Below the pieces are notes generated by a model that saw nothing but the letters and a program-made list of their open reading frames with translations, did no database searches and was not told the DNA's origin. A DNA stretch of 64,000 nt, from positions 94,429,435 through 94,493,434 of the forward strand of contig NC_068988.1 of the NCBI RefSeq assembly GCF_001194135.2. Reading direction: 5' to 3'. A program made the translations under genes and the position numbers. The first letter of the stretch is position 1. Every line of letters starts with the position of its first letter. This stretch comes from Octopus bimaculoides. Lineage: Eukaryota. Below are positions 50,398-64,000 of the stretch, piece by piece.

Positions 50398-51373
50398 AAA
50401 TACATTGAAATAAGTTTAATGTCCCCAACACTTTAATGATAGAAATTTTGTAATTTGCATTCCTGAAAACACAACTGTTTCGTGCATACCAAAGGGATAA
50501 ACTGATTTTCATGTTCACATTTATGTGAAGATGTGTTTCTGCGGAATTTTGTTTCAAGTAATACAATTTCAGCCTCATTTAATATTAAATAACATCAAAT
50601 TTGAGTAATTTGATGATGTTTATGTCTCAATAAAGTTTTGTTGTGAAGCGAATATATATTAACAGTTTTCGTCTGAATCGGTTTTATGCATATTTCACAA
50701 ACATTGACCTCCATGCAGGCAGAGATGTTTTACCTAATTGCCAGTAGGTTTTACTAAGAACTGGATTAAATGGTAAGAAACTATAATATATTACCTGCGG
50801 GTTAAATTTTCACTTCTTTAGTCTTCATCTTCACACTAACCTCCTCAGAAACAATTTAATTTCTTGAAACGGAAATTAGAGCATTCAACCGTAGGATAAC
50901 AGAGTCTATCAAACAAAAGACGTTTCCTTCCGTTTAATAACTGCATCTATCTGATGGTAATTTCTTGTAACCGGAAGTCTATCTATCACATTCAGATAAG
51001 ACATTGTTTGTAAAATTGTCCTAACACCACAACGAAATTGTTTTATTCCGATAACAGAGTTAATGATATAAACCAGATGACTTCTTACACATACATATAA
51101 ATATGTATATGCATGTGTGTATGTATGTGTATATGTATATGTGTGCGTGTGAGTGGTTATATGTACACACGAGTTTTTATATACATATGTGTCATATATT
51201 TATAGATACATGTCACACACCTATATGTATACACACATATATATACACACATACATTGTATGCATGTATGTATTTATGCATGGAAGGATGTATGATCGTA
51301 TGTATGCATAAATATATAATAAGCCTAACTAAATCAAATCTTAATTTGTACAACTGTTGAGCAAATGTAAACT

Positions 51374-51445
51374 AAAGTACTCAATAAAGTACTCAATAAA
51401 GTACTCAATAAAGTACTCAATAAAGTACTCAATAAAGTACTCAAT
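51374..51445. repeat. 12-bp tandem repeat x6
   Basis: aaagtactcaat repeated six times. Confidence 0.95.
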
Positions 51446-51528
51446 GAAATTTCAGATATGTATCTATATGTACATGTAGATGAAGGTATGTACATACATG
51501 TACATATATATGCATATACTCATATATT

Positions 51529-51564
<36 letters not shown>

Positions 51565-51604
51565 GCACACACACACACGTGTGTGTGTGTGTGTGAGTGG
51601 GTGC

Positions 51605-51650
51605 GTGTGGAGGCGCAATGGCCCAGTGGTTAGGGCAGCGGACTCGCTGC
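51605..51650 (+). mobile_element. tRNA-derived SINE head fragment
   Basis: ggaggcgcaatggcccagtggttagggcagcggactcg; A-box TGGCCCAGTGG; no B-box follows. Confidence 0.6.
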
Positions 51651-51844
51651 CATGAGATTTTTCTTAATCATTGCACGGTGATCGCTACATGCTTTAGACT
51701 TATATAGATATTATTATCATTTACAGGATATATATATATATCCGCAATATCCTTACGTATCTCATGTCTGTTTTCATTCCTTCACTTCATTCTGTATTTC
51801 ATATCTTCTCTATTATACTTATTACTTAAACATTTTCTCGCACC

Positions 51845-51892
51845 GTCTCTGATGAAGGAATATATAAAATATTTCGGAAACAGCCGTAAGAC
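51845..51892 (+). ncRNA. Minimal type I hammerhead ribozyme (family C)
   Basis: gtct CTGATGA a ggaatat-ataaa-atatttc g GAAA c agcc g t a agac: helix I gtct/agac, 7-bp helix II, GUA triplet, near-palindromic ACAGCCGT. Confidence 0.65.
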
Positions 51893-52841
51893 CTTCTCTT
51901 TATAAATATTCTGAAAACTATTCATAGGCCTGGAATTTTTATCACATTCTTTTAATTTTTATATAGATGCATGCTAATACGCGACCTACGTTGGACTCCA
52001 CATTCGCATCATTATCGTACCTGGAGCTTAACTATAGTATGTCCATAGCATTACCTTACTCAGTATTACCTGAAACCTTTGGTCTTCTTGACATCAATAC
52101 CTCTCATACCCTCGATATANNNNNNNNNNNNNNNNNNNNNNNNNNNNNNNNNNNNNNNNNNNNNNNNNNNNNNNNNNNNNNNNNNNNNNNNNNNNNNNNN
52201 NNNNNNNNNNNNNNNNNNNNNNNNNNNNNNNNNNNNNNNNNNNNNNNNNNNNNNNNNNNNNNNNNNNNNNNNNNNNNNNNNNNNNNNNNNNNNNNNNNNN
52301 NNNNNNNNNNNNNNNNNNNNNNNNNNNNNNNNNNNNNNNNNNNNNNNNNNNNNNNNNNNNNNNNNNNNNNNNNNNNNNNNNNNNNNNNNNNNNNNNNNNN
52401 NNNNNNNNNNNNNNNNNNNNNNNNNNNNNNNNNNNNNNNNNNNNNNNNNNNNNNNNNNNNNNNNNNNNNNNNNNNNNNNNNNNNNNNNNNNNNNNNNNNN
52501 NNNNNNNNNNNNNNNNNNNNNNNNNNNNNNNNNNNNNNNNNNNNNNNNNNNNNNNNNNNNNNNNNNNNNNNNNNNNNNNNNNNNNNNNNNNNNNNNNNNN
52601 NNNNNNNNNNNNNNNNNNNNNNNNNNNNNNNNNNNNNNNNNNNNNNNNNNNNNNNNNNNNNNNNNNNNNNNNNNNNNNNNNNNNNNNNNNNNNNNNNNNN
52701 NNNNNNNNNNNNNNNNNNNNNNNNNNNNNNNNNNNNNNNNNNNNNNNNNNNNNNNNNNNNNNNNNNNNNNNNNNNNNNNNNNNNNNNNNNNNNNNNNNNN
52801 NNNNNNNNNNNATATATATATATATATATGTGTGTGTTTGA

Positions 52842-52897
<56 letters not shown>

Positions 52898-53140
52898 GAT
52901 ATACATACATATATACACAACCATATCTTGAATGGCACACTGCGTGTGTTATACTTTGTTATACATAATTCCATTAGCATCGTCGTTACTAACAGTATTT
53001 CTAATTGTTATTTTCCATATATTTTTAAAGGCTAAATGAAAAGTAAAGGAAAAAAATCAATACCTGTAAAAACACCCCTACCACACACACACACATAAAT
53101 GTGTGCGCGTGTACATATGTGTATGAGAGTGTGTGTAACT

Positions 53141-53173
<33 letters not shown>

Positions 53174-53798
53174 ACTAGCTAAAAAATTATTATGAAGGTT
53201 TTTATTCCGCTTTCTTTTGTATGTTGTCCATTATCGCTCCATATTACACTTTCTATTGGGAATGTGAAAAATATATAATGTTCCAATTAATGACAGCAGT
53301 CACGTTTTACTTTCGTTTCTGGAAGCGATGATGACAACAAGATTTTTTCCTGGTTCCTGCATGAACTTTCTGAACTCACATTAAGCAGAGACTTGCAATC
53401 TTTTTTTTAAATATCTGGAAAATTGCGATGATTCTGTGTTGCCTGCCATGTTCCTAAAAATACACTATGTCGAAGGTTATTCTCGCTAATATATTCCCAG
53501 GGAACACCATTCTGACCACCAACAGCGTTCATTAAGAAAGGACGCCATAAGGAAGCCATTACTTTATCATAGCGATTCCGATGATTTTTCCCGCCATTTT
53601 ATCAAGTGGTATCTAGTAACCAAATATATAGTGCGATGTAGGACTTGCTCAAGAAAGTTGCAATGAAATATTTACATGCGTATGTTCATACATTTTAACA
53701 TACACGCGCAATTTACATTCGTTTGTTCAAGTTTTAGACAGAGATATGAGACGCATATTTTTCGAGTTTCTAGAAACCAGAACATCACTCGACATCTC

Positions 53799-53837
<39 letters not shown>

Positions 53838-54415
53838 TAAGGACTAGGAGCTCCCAGCTTCGGTTTCACGAAGACCTGTTTCCATCATCCTTTTCCCATC
53901 ACTGCCAGATTTGGGATGAAAGATAAAGATAGACCAGCGCCGTGCATTTGATTAAGTTGGATCCTGACTCACTAAGAATTGATGCGCGCACTTTGGTCGC
54001 ATAGACATCCTTTGCGGCACATCCTTTGTGCCATGTAACATGAAAGCTCGAGGTATGAAATTGCAATGGAATGCAGTGTGCTCATTCCAGTTTAACCTAT
54101 GAATAAACAACAACAACAACATACTCTCAATGATATTGCTTTCACTTTGGCCCACCTTGCCTCACTTGAAATCTCTATGTTCAGTTACTAGGAATGCAAG
54201 TCATGAATTAGACGAGAATTAGTTTTTCTTGATAAACTTGAAGAAAATGAAACGAAAATCCCACAAAATTCAAAAGTTATGGAATATTCTAAATTTCATA
54301 AAATACTGAGACGCTTCACTTCGGCTGGATGTGTACGTCTTTATACGTAACTTGCTTCTTACTATCTATCTGTCTTTCTATTTATCTACATATCCATCTG
54401 TAATTTGTGTGTGTA

Positions 54416-54446
<31 letters not shown>

Positions 54447-55354
54447 GCAGACATTCATACATGCATACATGCATACATATATACATACATACAAGCATAT
54501 ATGTGTGTGTTTACGTTGGTGTATGCGTGTGGATATTTAACCATTAATATTAAATAACTTAATAATTTTAAACGAATCTCATCTTTAGGGAAAATCTATT
54601 TTCAATATGTGATATCAGTGGGAGATTTAGACTCATTAAAAAATAGACCCATCTGATATTATTGACTTAATAATCGTGCCACATTTCGAACATACCAAAA
54701 AGATTTATATTTTGATGTATATATAACCAAATTGTTCACCTGAGATGTACAAAATATATCGAGTTTCAAGCTTTCCTGATGAGATATAAAATCAATTATC
54801 TCTAATATGTTCCTTGAAATATACGTGGAGAATAATTAGATAATTAATTCATTCCACTAAATGCCAGAAGGACGAGTACTGAGAGGCTGAGGATGAGTTA
54901 AGCGATCTGGTTCGATTCCTTATAGAACAATCTCTTTCCACGTAATAACCTCCATATACGATATGATATGAGACAATACACTGAGGGCAAATACTCCTCA
55001 GTAGCGTACATGGTCATTCTTCACAGTAATTTAAGTTATTCTTTCTCTAATGGAAGGTCACACACGTAATGTTGAGTCCTACTTAATCTAGCAATGTAAC
55101 AACTGCATCACACTTCTTTGCTTTAAATTGTTAGTGCAATTAAGGCCACGCAGGTCATCACGAGCATGCTAATTCTAGTCCGTGTCTTTTTACACTTAGA
55201 AATAGGAGACATTTTAGTAACAGTTTTTACGAATACTAATGAATATTTTTTGTTGTGAAGAAGCATGAGATATCTATATTCCAGATTATAGGTTAAGTGT
55301 GAGCCAATCCCAAGGTTTGGATTATGTTGTATTATTATGCGTAAGCGCAGAATT

Positions 55355-55630
55355 GAGGGTCCCAACCGATACGATCAACGGAACAGCTTGCTTGGGAAAT
55401 TAACGTGCAAGTGGCTGAGCACTCCACAGACATGCATACCTTTAACGTAGTTCTCAGGGAGATTCAGCGTGACACAGAGTGACAAGGCTGACCCTTTGAA
55501 ATACAGGTACTACTCATTTTTGCCAGCTGAGTGGACTGGAGCAATGGGAAATAAAGTGTCTTGCTGAAGGACACAACGCGTCGCCGGTAATTGAACTCAC
55601 GACCTTACGATCGTCAGCCAAGCGCCTTAA
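55355..55630 (-). mobile_element. tRNA-derived SINE family 4 with CORE/Meta-type central domain
   Basis: Minus: ttaaggcgcttggctgacgatcgtaaggtcgtgagttcaattaccgg...gtgtccttcagcaagacactttatttcc...ctccagtccactcagctggcaaaaatgagtagtac. Exact superfamily assignment uncertain. Confidence 0.8.
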
Positions 55631-56089
55631 CAAGCGCAGAATACATACATACACATAGCCTATGCAAAGTCACTTGCAAGCTGCGATTGCTGACAAAATC
55701 TTCCTCGCACCCGACTTCGCTGTCTTAGAAAAAAAAGCGCATTGGATCATGTGGATGTAGGCATACTATGGCTGAAGAGAAGGCATGATGTTCACGGTTG
55801 GAACNNNNNNNNNNNNNNNNNNNNNNNNNNNNNNNNNNNNNNNNNNNNNNNNNNNNNNNNNNNNNNNNNNNNNNNNNNNNNNNNNNNNNNNNNNNNNNNN
55901 NNNNNNNNNNNNNNNNNNNNNNNNNNNNNNNNNNNNNNNNNNNNNNNNNNNNNNNNNNNNNNNNNNNNNNNNNNNNNNNNNNNNNNNNNNNNNNNNNNNN
56001 NNNNNNNNNNNNTATCGGTGTCTTTTGTCGAACCTTAAAGTTGCGGGGACTTAAGCAAACCAACGCCAGTTGGCAAAATCGAGCTCAGC

Positions 56090-56395
56090 ATAATTTGAAC
56101 TCAGAACGTAAAGACGGACGAAGTGCCGCTAAGCATCTTGTTCGGCGTGCTAACGGTTCTGTCATCTTGCTGCCTGATAAGTGATAATCCTTTGTACTAA
56201 AGGCACAAGGCCTGAAATTTTGGGGGAGGGAGCCAGTCGATTCGATCGACCCCAGCACGTAAATGGTACTTAATTTAACGACCGCAAAAGGAGGAAAGGC
56301 AAAGTCGACCTCGGCGGAATTTGAACTCAGAACGTAATGACAGACAAAATACCAATTTCTTTATTACCCACCAGGGGGCTATAAAAAGAATGGGA
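56090..56395 (-). mobile_element. SINE family 1 concatemer (tail-body-tail-head)
   Basis: Minus: type-a tail (tagcccc..gtgggtaataaagaaat) joined to mid-head ggtattttgtctg, full body, type-b tail, then a new head. Confidence 0.85.
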
Positions 56396-56584
56396 CAAAA
56401 CAACTGATTGGGGTCAGTAACATGGTATTACATAAATATGAATATAAAAATTATATAAAATATATAAGAATCGAATGAAATACGCAATACAAATATGACA
56501 CAAATGTAGCGATGATCAGGCCACGCTCCGACCCCATAAGCCACGATCTATCGCTGGTACTAACGTGACAGATGGTAAATATAG

Positions 56585-56940
56585 TCAGTGATTAAATCTG
56601 ACTGATGATTGAATATGAGTTGTGGAATTGAACATGTGTGGTGAGTGGGTATGTATAATCAATAAATGGATATGATTGGGAATTGGAGATGACTGATTGA
56701 ATATGACTGATGATGGAATATGGTTGGTGATTTTACATGACTGATGATTAAATATGACCGATTACTCAAATGATATTGTTTATTAATTTTGGCTGGTTAC
56801 TAAATATCATTAAGGATTAAATATAACCTTTGACTTAATATGTCTGTTTACTGAAAAAAACCCCTGACAACTGAATATTGTTAATGATTAAGTATAATCT
56901 ATTTTTAAATATAACTTTTGACTAATTATTGATGGAATTA
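56585..56940. repeat. Highly decayed ~17-bp minisatellite (tgactgatgattgaata-like)
   Basis: Recurrent tgactgatgattgaatat / tgactgattgaatat units. Confidence 0.6.
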
Positions 56941-57033
56941 TAATTTAGTCGCTTGAGATACATACATATTCTATCGATCACTATTTGAGATCAGCAGGAA
57001 TAACATTTATCAATGTGTTCAAATCGAAACGTT

Positions 57034-57365
57034 GTGGCTGTGTGGTACGAAGTTTTCTTCCTAACCACATGATTCCAGCTTCAGTTCCACTGCGTGGCAC
57101 CTCGAGAAAGTGTCTTCTTCTTTAGCCTTGGGGCGATCAAAGCCTTGTGAGTGGATTTGGTACATAGAAATGGAAACTGAAAGAAACTCGTCGAATGTGT
57201 GTTTGTGTGTGTGTGTGTATCTGTATTTGTGTATCACTACAGCTTCACAACCAGCGTTGTTATGTTTACCTCTCCTTAAATAAGTTGATTCATTTAGCTA
57301 AAATTTCTTCAAGGTGGTGACCCAGCATGGCCGCAGTCAAATGAGTGAAACAAGTACAAAATAAA
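57034..57365 (+). mobile_element. SINE family 2, diverged near-full copy
   Basis: gtggctgtgtggtacgaag...ccacatgattccagcttcagttccactgcgtggcacc...aaagccttgtgagtggatttgg...cagcatggccgcagtcaaatgagtgaaacaag. Confidence 0.88.
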
Positions 57366-57399
57366 CGATACCATTCTCGAGACTTCCAAACATCAAAGT

Positions 57400-57650
57400 A
57401 TGATTGGTGATTGAATAAGATTGGTGATTGAATAAGAATAGTGATTGGATAAGAGTGGTGATTGAATAAGAGTGGTGATTGAACAGAGACTGGTGATTGA
57501 ATAAGACTNNNNNNNNNNGATAAGAGTGGTGATTGAATAAGAGTGGTGATTGAACAGAGACTGGTGATTGAATAAGACTCGTGATTGAATATGAATGGTG
57601 ATTGAATAAGAGTGGAGATGGAATAAGGCTGGTGACTGAATATCACTGGT
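57400..57650. repeat. 17-bp minisatellite (ggtgattgaataagagt)n spanning a small gap
   Basis: More than 10 near-identical units read directly. Confidence 0.9.
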
Positions 57651-58391
57651 GATAGAGCATAACTAATGCTTATCAGAATGGCACGGATAGTTTTTGAAAT
57701 AAAGGCTTAAAAGGACGTCACTGTACAGCAGAACGCATGTCGTCCAACTGCCATTACTTCAACTGCACAAACAAGTAGCGTAATATAAATATGTCGATAA
57801 TATTGGTCTCAGAATAACAGCGAGCTACATTTGTAAGAATTGATATTAATGGGGAATGTGTAGTCGCGAGAGTAATGAATATAAACAGGGAAAGAAATTG
57901 ATGAATGACAAGACAGATAAAAAAATAGAACAAAATGAAGAGAGGAAATGGAGAGATTTACGTAACATACGACTAAGTAGACACGATAGAGTAAAGGATA
58001 AAATTATCAGCTCAATATTTAGCTTGGTTCCTCCGAATCAGCGATCCTGATTATAACATAAACAGAGGAGATACGCTCTGTCCTCGAGGCATATTTGCCC
58101 CACATACTTAATACAGAGATGAGTTATTCAGTATTATTCAAATAAACCAATAGCTTAAGGGGCCGTCATCGTAAAATTCACAAGTCATTATCGTAATAAT
58201 TATCACCAAAACATTTTATCTTCTTCAATTACTCCTTTACATTTTAAGTACTTGTATAAATTTGCTGAAGATGATTAAATATGTTCAAGTAATATAATGT
58301 GGTCGATTCAATCACTTCTACCAACCAGTAATAAAACAAGCCTTATGGCTATCCAAAAGAAACCGTTCTTGTTGTTGTTGCTGTTATTATT

Positions 58392-58422
<31 letters not shown>

Positions 58423-58423
58423 A

Positions 58424-58466
<43 letters not shown>

Positions 58467-58664
58467 GTTGTTGTTGTTGTTGTTGCTTTTGTTGTTGTGA
58501 TTGTTCTTGTATTATGCACGAATTATTCTCATCTTTATTATTATAACGATCATCTCCATTCTTATTCTATTTTTATTTTTATTATTATCATTATTATTAT
58601 CATTGACATTATTGAGTGAGAGAGCACCACATGCCATCAAAGTGACACTGGGGTACAAATATAC

Positions 58665-58749
58665 AAAGCCCAGTATATCTGTCTGGTACCAGTTGAGTAC
58701 TGGGGTCGTTGTAATCGACTTGTCCCACCCCCGCCAAGATTCAGGCCTT

Positions 58750-58750
<1 letters not shown>
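58665..58750 (+). mobile_element. SINE family 1 3' fragment
   Basis: gtaccagttgagtactggggtcgttgtaatcgacttgtccc...aagattcaggcctt; a similar fragment lies at 59075-59160. Confidence 0.7.
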
Positions 58751-58789
<39 letters not shown>

Positions 58790-59180
58790 CACTTTGCGTT
58801 GGCTCCTGACTGTTTGTTGGACTTTGTTGAAAATAACTTGTTTACTTTTGTTGAGTGTTTATCAAATCTTTAAATAAGGACTTCAAATGCATTGGGTGAA
58901 GCGGGGCACCACCAAGTAGCACTCTCAAGGGCAAAATTGTTCTGATATTTATTTGGTTTTGTTCGTTTCTTTCTCGTTGGAAATACAGCATCGTGTTAAA
59001 GCCCAGTTGCTCATTGGTATGAGCAGGTAGCAGGAAATCTCACAAATATCACACTACCAGCTTCAGAGGAGAGCAAATAAGTACCAGTGAAACACTGGGT
59101 TCAATTTAATCACAAGTCGCCTTCCCCAAAATTTCAGGCCTTGTGCCTTTTTTAGAAAGGATTATTATTATTATTATTAT

Positions 59181-59231
<51 letters not shown>

Positions 59232-60530
59232 CGGCAGCGGTAGTGGTTGACAGAACTGATAAATGCGTATTTAGTTACATCTGTTTGCGTTCATTAAAGT
59301 TGACTTTTCGGATGTCATGTTATTCTGTCATCATTTCAGAGCCAATAAAATAAGTACCGTTAATATTACTGGTACCTAGAAAATTGATGTCATATGTTCA
59401 AACGTTTTCTTGGGACTCATAGAAATAACGGCAATTAATTTCCTGAATCAGGGAAAATTTTCACTCCACTGAGGCAATCGTAGATTGAAAGAAAATTATA
59501 AAAATACTCAAAACCAGAAAAGAAATATGCTGCAAATGAGAGAAGTGCTAATTTTACATTCTTCAACAACTCTATGAGATATATTTCAATCCACAAAGCT
59601 CTACTAAAACGCCTGTCACTGCGTTCGACTTGGAATGTTATGTCCCAAACAATTCCTCATAGCTCATAGTATACGAAGAAGAAAAAAAATAACAACTTAA
59701 GACTTTTAAAATGATCAAGAATCAGAACATTGGGAACGTTTCATAAATCTTAGTTTCTTTCAAAGAATCGCATTTTTCTAGACGTTTTCTTCTTTCCATT
59801 CTACAAGGAGTTTAGCGAATTCTTCAATGCACACAAAATGTTGTAAACCTTTTTCACTTCATGATTTTTCTCAAAAGCCATTCCATTTGAGCTATCCGTC
59901 TATCTCTTTAATCTTTTCTTATCTTCTAATTTTATTTTATTTGTTCACATTTTATGACAGAATAATAATTCCACCACAAGTATACTTGCATCTTCTTGTT
60001 TTTTTTTTTGTGTTATATTTTTTTGTGTTTTTGCTTAATGAATAGGATTTCTAAAAATTTCGATTTCAAATTCTCTCACCTCTCTATCCTTCTTTCTCCC
60101 CTACACTTCTCAAGCGTCCTCTCTCGTTATATATCTATACCTACATGCATGTGTGTGTGTGGTGAAAGAGAGAGAGAGGGCGAAATTATGTATACACATA
60201 CATATATATGTGTCTGTATGTGTGTTTGCTCCCCCGTTCAAATATATGCATCTATCGATGAATATAAATATATAAACATAAACGTATACATAACTATGTG
60301 TATACATACCTCTTTAACTCTCTCTCCCACACCATCTCTCTCTCTATCTCTCACTCTCTCCGTCTACACACACATACATATACGCATACATCACATACAC
60401 ACATATAAATATAAATATATATCAATACATACATACATATATTATCTGATTTATTATTCTTGAATATTAGTATTTTTCTAGATGACTGACTTCGAAGAAT
60501 GTTCATTATCTCTGTTGCAATTTATCTACA

Positions 60531-60616
<86 letters not shown>

Positions 60617-62779
60617 ATACACAATATACACACACATATATATAGCATAGAATGACAGGACCGCCTTTGTTTAATTGATGACGCAGGTTGCCCGGTAAGC
60701 AATGGCTACCTATTTCGATTCTCAGTAAGGGTCCTGTCTTGCCACAAATTTTCACTTAAAATTTCTTATGTTCACATCTACATTATAGTTTCTTTTAAAG
60801 CCATAAAGCTGAATGATACTATAATATAAAATTTTCACCATTATATGTTTCTATTCAAATTCACTGTGCTTCGAGTCAGATGTTTCTAGTCGTTTCTCCA
60901 GTTGCCTAATATCTTCGGCTCTTATATTGTCTCTCATGAACTTTGTAGGTACGACATTGTGTTTAAGAAGTGTCCAATTATTGATAAAAAATGTAACGGG
61001 CAAAACAAATAACATTAAACTCTCTGACGTTCTCTACTAATTTGGAGAACGGGTGAGACTTGATATCCTGGAAACAATAATGCTAACTCCAAAATGTGAG
61101 CCTACAACGGTAGTGCAGCCACCAAAATGCTGGTAAGGTGATAGAGGAACAATGCGAATAAAATGATAACTTTGTATGCAGAGTTAAGAAAATAAGAAAA
61201 GAAATACTATAAAGGGCATTTATACTATCAGACGAACATAGTAGGCTGGCGCAAAAGAGAAATGGAAGGTCTTGACAGATCGAACAGGAGGACAGACGAA
61301 CTTGACCGGCCTGGATGGTGGCTGGTCGGAAAAGGACGACAATGCCTTGGCCGGACAGCGATCATGCGGTAGGGGAGAAAAATAGTTGTAGAGGGCAGAG
61401 GGATTAAAGAATAAGAGGGAGAGGAGGAAAGATGAATTACGGAATAGGAGAAGGAGAAGGAGAAAGAAATAAGAGGAACTAAAGAATGAGAAGGTGGCTT
61501 AGAGAGAGAGAGAGAGATACAAGCGAGGGGGGAAAGCAGAAGAAGAGGGAAGGGGGAAAGAGGTACTAAGGAATAAGAGAGAATGAAAATAAAATCAGAG
61601 GGACTGAGGAGCGAGAGGGAGAGAAAGAGAGTGAGAGACAGAGGCAGAGTAAAGGGAGAAACAAGGGAGATAATTGGGGAAAGAAAGAGAAGGTGAGAGT
61701 TGTACATAATATTCAAGGAATTTTTTTGATTTTATGTAAGCTATGCGTAGCTGAAAAAATTCAGATCCTTTTCTGAAAATTCTAAGTCAATGTTTAACTC
61801 GAGATCCAAAATTTTCAGCGGCTGTAAGCATATGGCTAAGTTCCTGTTGACGAATTCGAATAACTATAACATAGGCTCTAAGTCACTAACTTTCAGTCTA
61901 AGGGAAGTAACTCCAACTCTAATTCCCCCTCTTGCTTCTTTCGGAATTATTTTTCTCTTTCCTGTTTTTTAACCTGCTACCTTTTATGCATACTTCCTCC
62001 TCACCTTTTTTTCGCTTTTTTCTCGTCCCATTTTTTGTTCGTTGTGCCATGTTGGCAGTGTCTGATAGTTGTGCTAGGACACCAGACGTATTATAAAGCA
62101 TTGTTTAGTATGCTGTCAGCCCATGTAGCTAACAGTAGCATATAAAAGCATATATTGTGTTTATTAAATGATATTTATCTCCCACCAGATGGAATACTTT
62201 TTTGTTGATCTTACCATCACGGAACAAACGTTAAATATACCTGCAAATTTACAAACAAATCTTATTTCGAAAAGAATTAAGAACTGTCTCAGAATTTGTA
62301 TATATATAATCTGGAGAGTATGCTTACAATTGTCATGTGGAAGAAGTGAATAAATAAGGGTGAATAAATAAGAAATTATATATACTCGTATGGGTGTTCG
62401 TCCATTCACCATTAATTGGGTGATTTGGTATAACGAAGCATGTCTTTTGTTATCATTGTTGCTGAGAGTGTGGCGTCGCTTTGCGATCTGTAACCTTGAA
62501 GTTGTCACTGTAATACATTGGTAAGCTTACTTGAAGGTGTCATATCAAACACGTGTAAAATATAATTTTGTTTCTACCTCAAAATACTTCAGAGCAGAGG
62601 TCTTCTACCATATTTTTGTCTACGGACTCCTTCGATTCTTAGTTTTTCTCTACTAGATGCCCATAGCCATTCGTTGCTATGTATGTGCGGATAGATAGAT
62701 GGATATATAGACAGAGAGAGAGAGAGGGAGAGAGATAGATAGCACATGCGCTTACGAGCACACACACATACACACACAT

Positions 62780-62829
<50 letters not shown>

Positions 62830-64000
62830 GCGCACATATATTCGGAGCATAAATTATACACAAGTAGTAGCGATTCTCGAAGAAACCAATGAAGAGGCGT
62901 TTAAACGCTGAGAATATGCGTTACTAACTAAAATTTAATGTTAATTTTTATTAATAAACAATGTGTACGTTCATGCGCATGTGTGTGTATATGTGTGCGT
63001 ATGTATGCATCATCTAGGCTGTGTCTGCACTCCAGTTTTGGTACCACATAGTGTAAGTACCTTTTACGGAACCAGTTCAACGCAACCTATCTACCATTGG
63101 CTCAGTTCAATCAACACAACTTTAACTCCAACAAATTTATGATTTCTGCCCATGTTAGAAATCATAATTATTGATATAATTTCTTTTTTCTCTTGATTTT
63201 ATTAATCAGCTCGAAACACTTCATTAAGTTTAATTAATGATTTTTTCTATCATAAATGCAAATTAAAAGTAATAATTCAAAACGTTAATTGGGTCATATA
63301 AGAACATGTTTTGGTTTTATATTCCTCTTTATAATAAATTCAAATTTGCTAAAATTTGTTTTAAAAAAATCTGGTATTCTGAAGAGTTTTTATTTTCTCT
63401 TTTATTCTTTTCTTTCTTATTGATATACACGAATTTATTTACATTTTTTTTCTTTCTTTTCCATTTTCATTCATTAATTTATTTTATCTTCTTTTAATTT
63501 CTTCCTTCAGATAAAAGTCCTTTACCTCATCCAAGTTTTTTCAAGAATATATAGACTATTTTAATTAGCTTCAATGATGTGCAACTTAGTAATTCTAATT
63601 TTGTTTTATTTCTTGTTTTGCCATTTTTGTTTTTGTTTTTGTTTCCAGCCACTAAACTTATTTACTTTCCATTACTTTCATTTCTACTGTTTTCCTTAAT
63701 ATATTTCTAACAAAAAGTAAAAAAAAAACGGAAAAATAAAGCTACATCAACAAATATGAGTAACACACACACACACAAAATAAGAAATAATTTTCGTAGA
63801 TTCACAACATTTGAATTATTAATTTGGCAGTTTTCTGCCTTTGTCTTCTTTAGCAGTCGATAAAACATCACTTATGATGAAGTAACAAACTCTCGTTGAT
63901 AAGAGGCTCTTAAGAAACTAGCTTGAAAATTCAATCAGCATTATTAAATTGTGGCATTTTCGTTTCATTTTTAGTTGTCAGCCAATATTTACTGGTAAGA

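Noticed and set aside
60654-60738. gacaggacc/ggtcctgtc stem enclosing TGATGA (snoRNA- or hammerhead-like)
   Set aside because: No D box on the same strand; minus-strand ctgagaatcgaaa does not fit CUGANGA.
62052-62075. tggcagtgtctgatagttgtg, similar to the miR-34 5' end
   Set aside because: No complementary star arm; similarity breaks after 11 nt.
1-64000. CRISPR array, rRNA, true tRNA genes or prokaryotic systems
   Set aside because: The short tandem arrays (15336, 51374, 57400) have no unique spacers; tRNA-like segments are SINE or pLTR heads without a full cloverleaf; no rRNA sequence seen.

Overview
AT-rich, microsatellite-dense, gapped eukaryotic scaffold. The SINE families resemble those I know from octopus (coleoid cephalopod) genomes; the species is an inference. 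I found no recognisable host protein-coding gene, and most listed ORFs are artefacts of simple repeats or N gaps. The supportable coding remnants are all from transposons: a piggyBac transposase (24162-25194, minus; frameshifted, C-terminus lost at a microhomology junction with a SINE), a mariner transposase split into two oppositely oriented pieces (16202-16720), a Tc1/mariner (DD37D-like) N-terminus (28628-28909) and a Penelope-like GIY-YIG C-terminus (22344-22500). At least four tRNA-derived or SINE-like families occur in many copies, plus two hAT-type MITEs and several minisatellites. The most interesting signal is five minimal type I hammerhead-ribozyme-like motifs in three sequence families (22141-22186, 35368-35413, 42230-42268, 47268-47310, 51845-51892). 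Each has a palindromic or near-palindromic helix III core of the dimer-cleaving kind. One sits in a Penelope pseudo-LTR that also carries a tRNA-like Pol III A/B-box module and is duplicated in inverted orientation around a perfect 20-bp palindromic junction.
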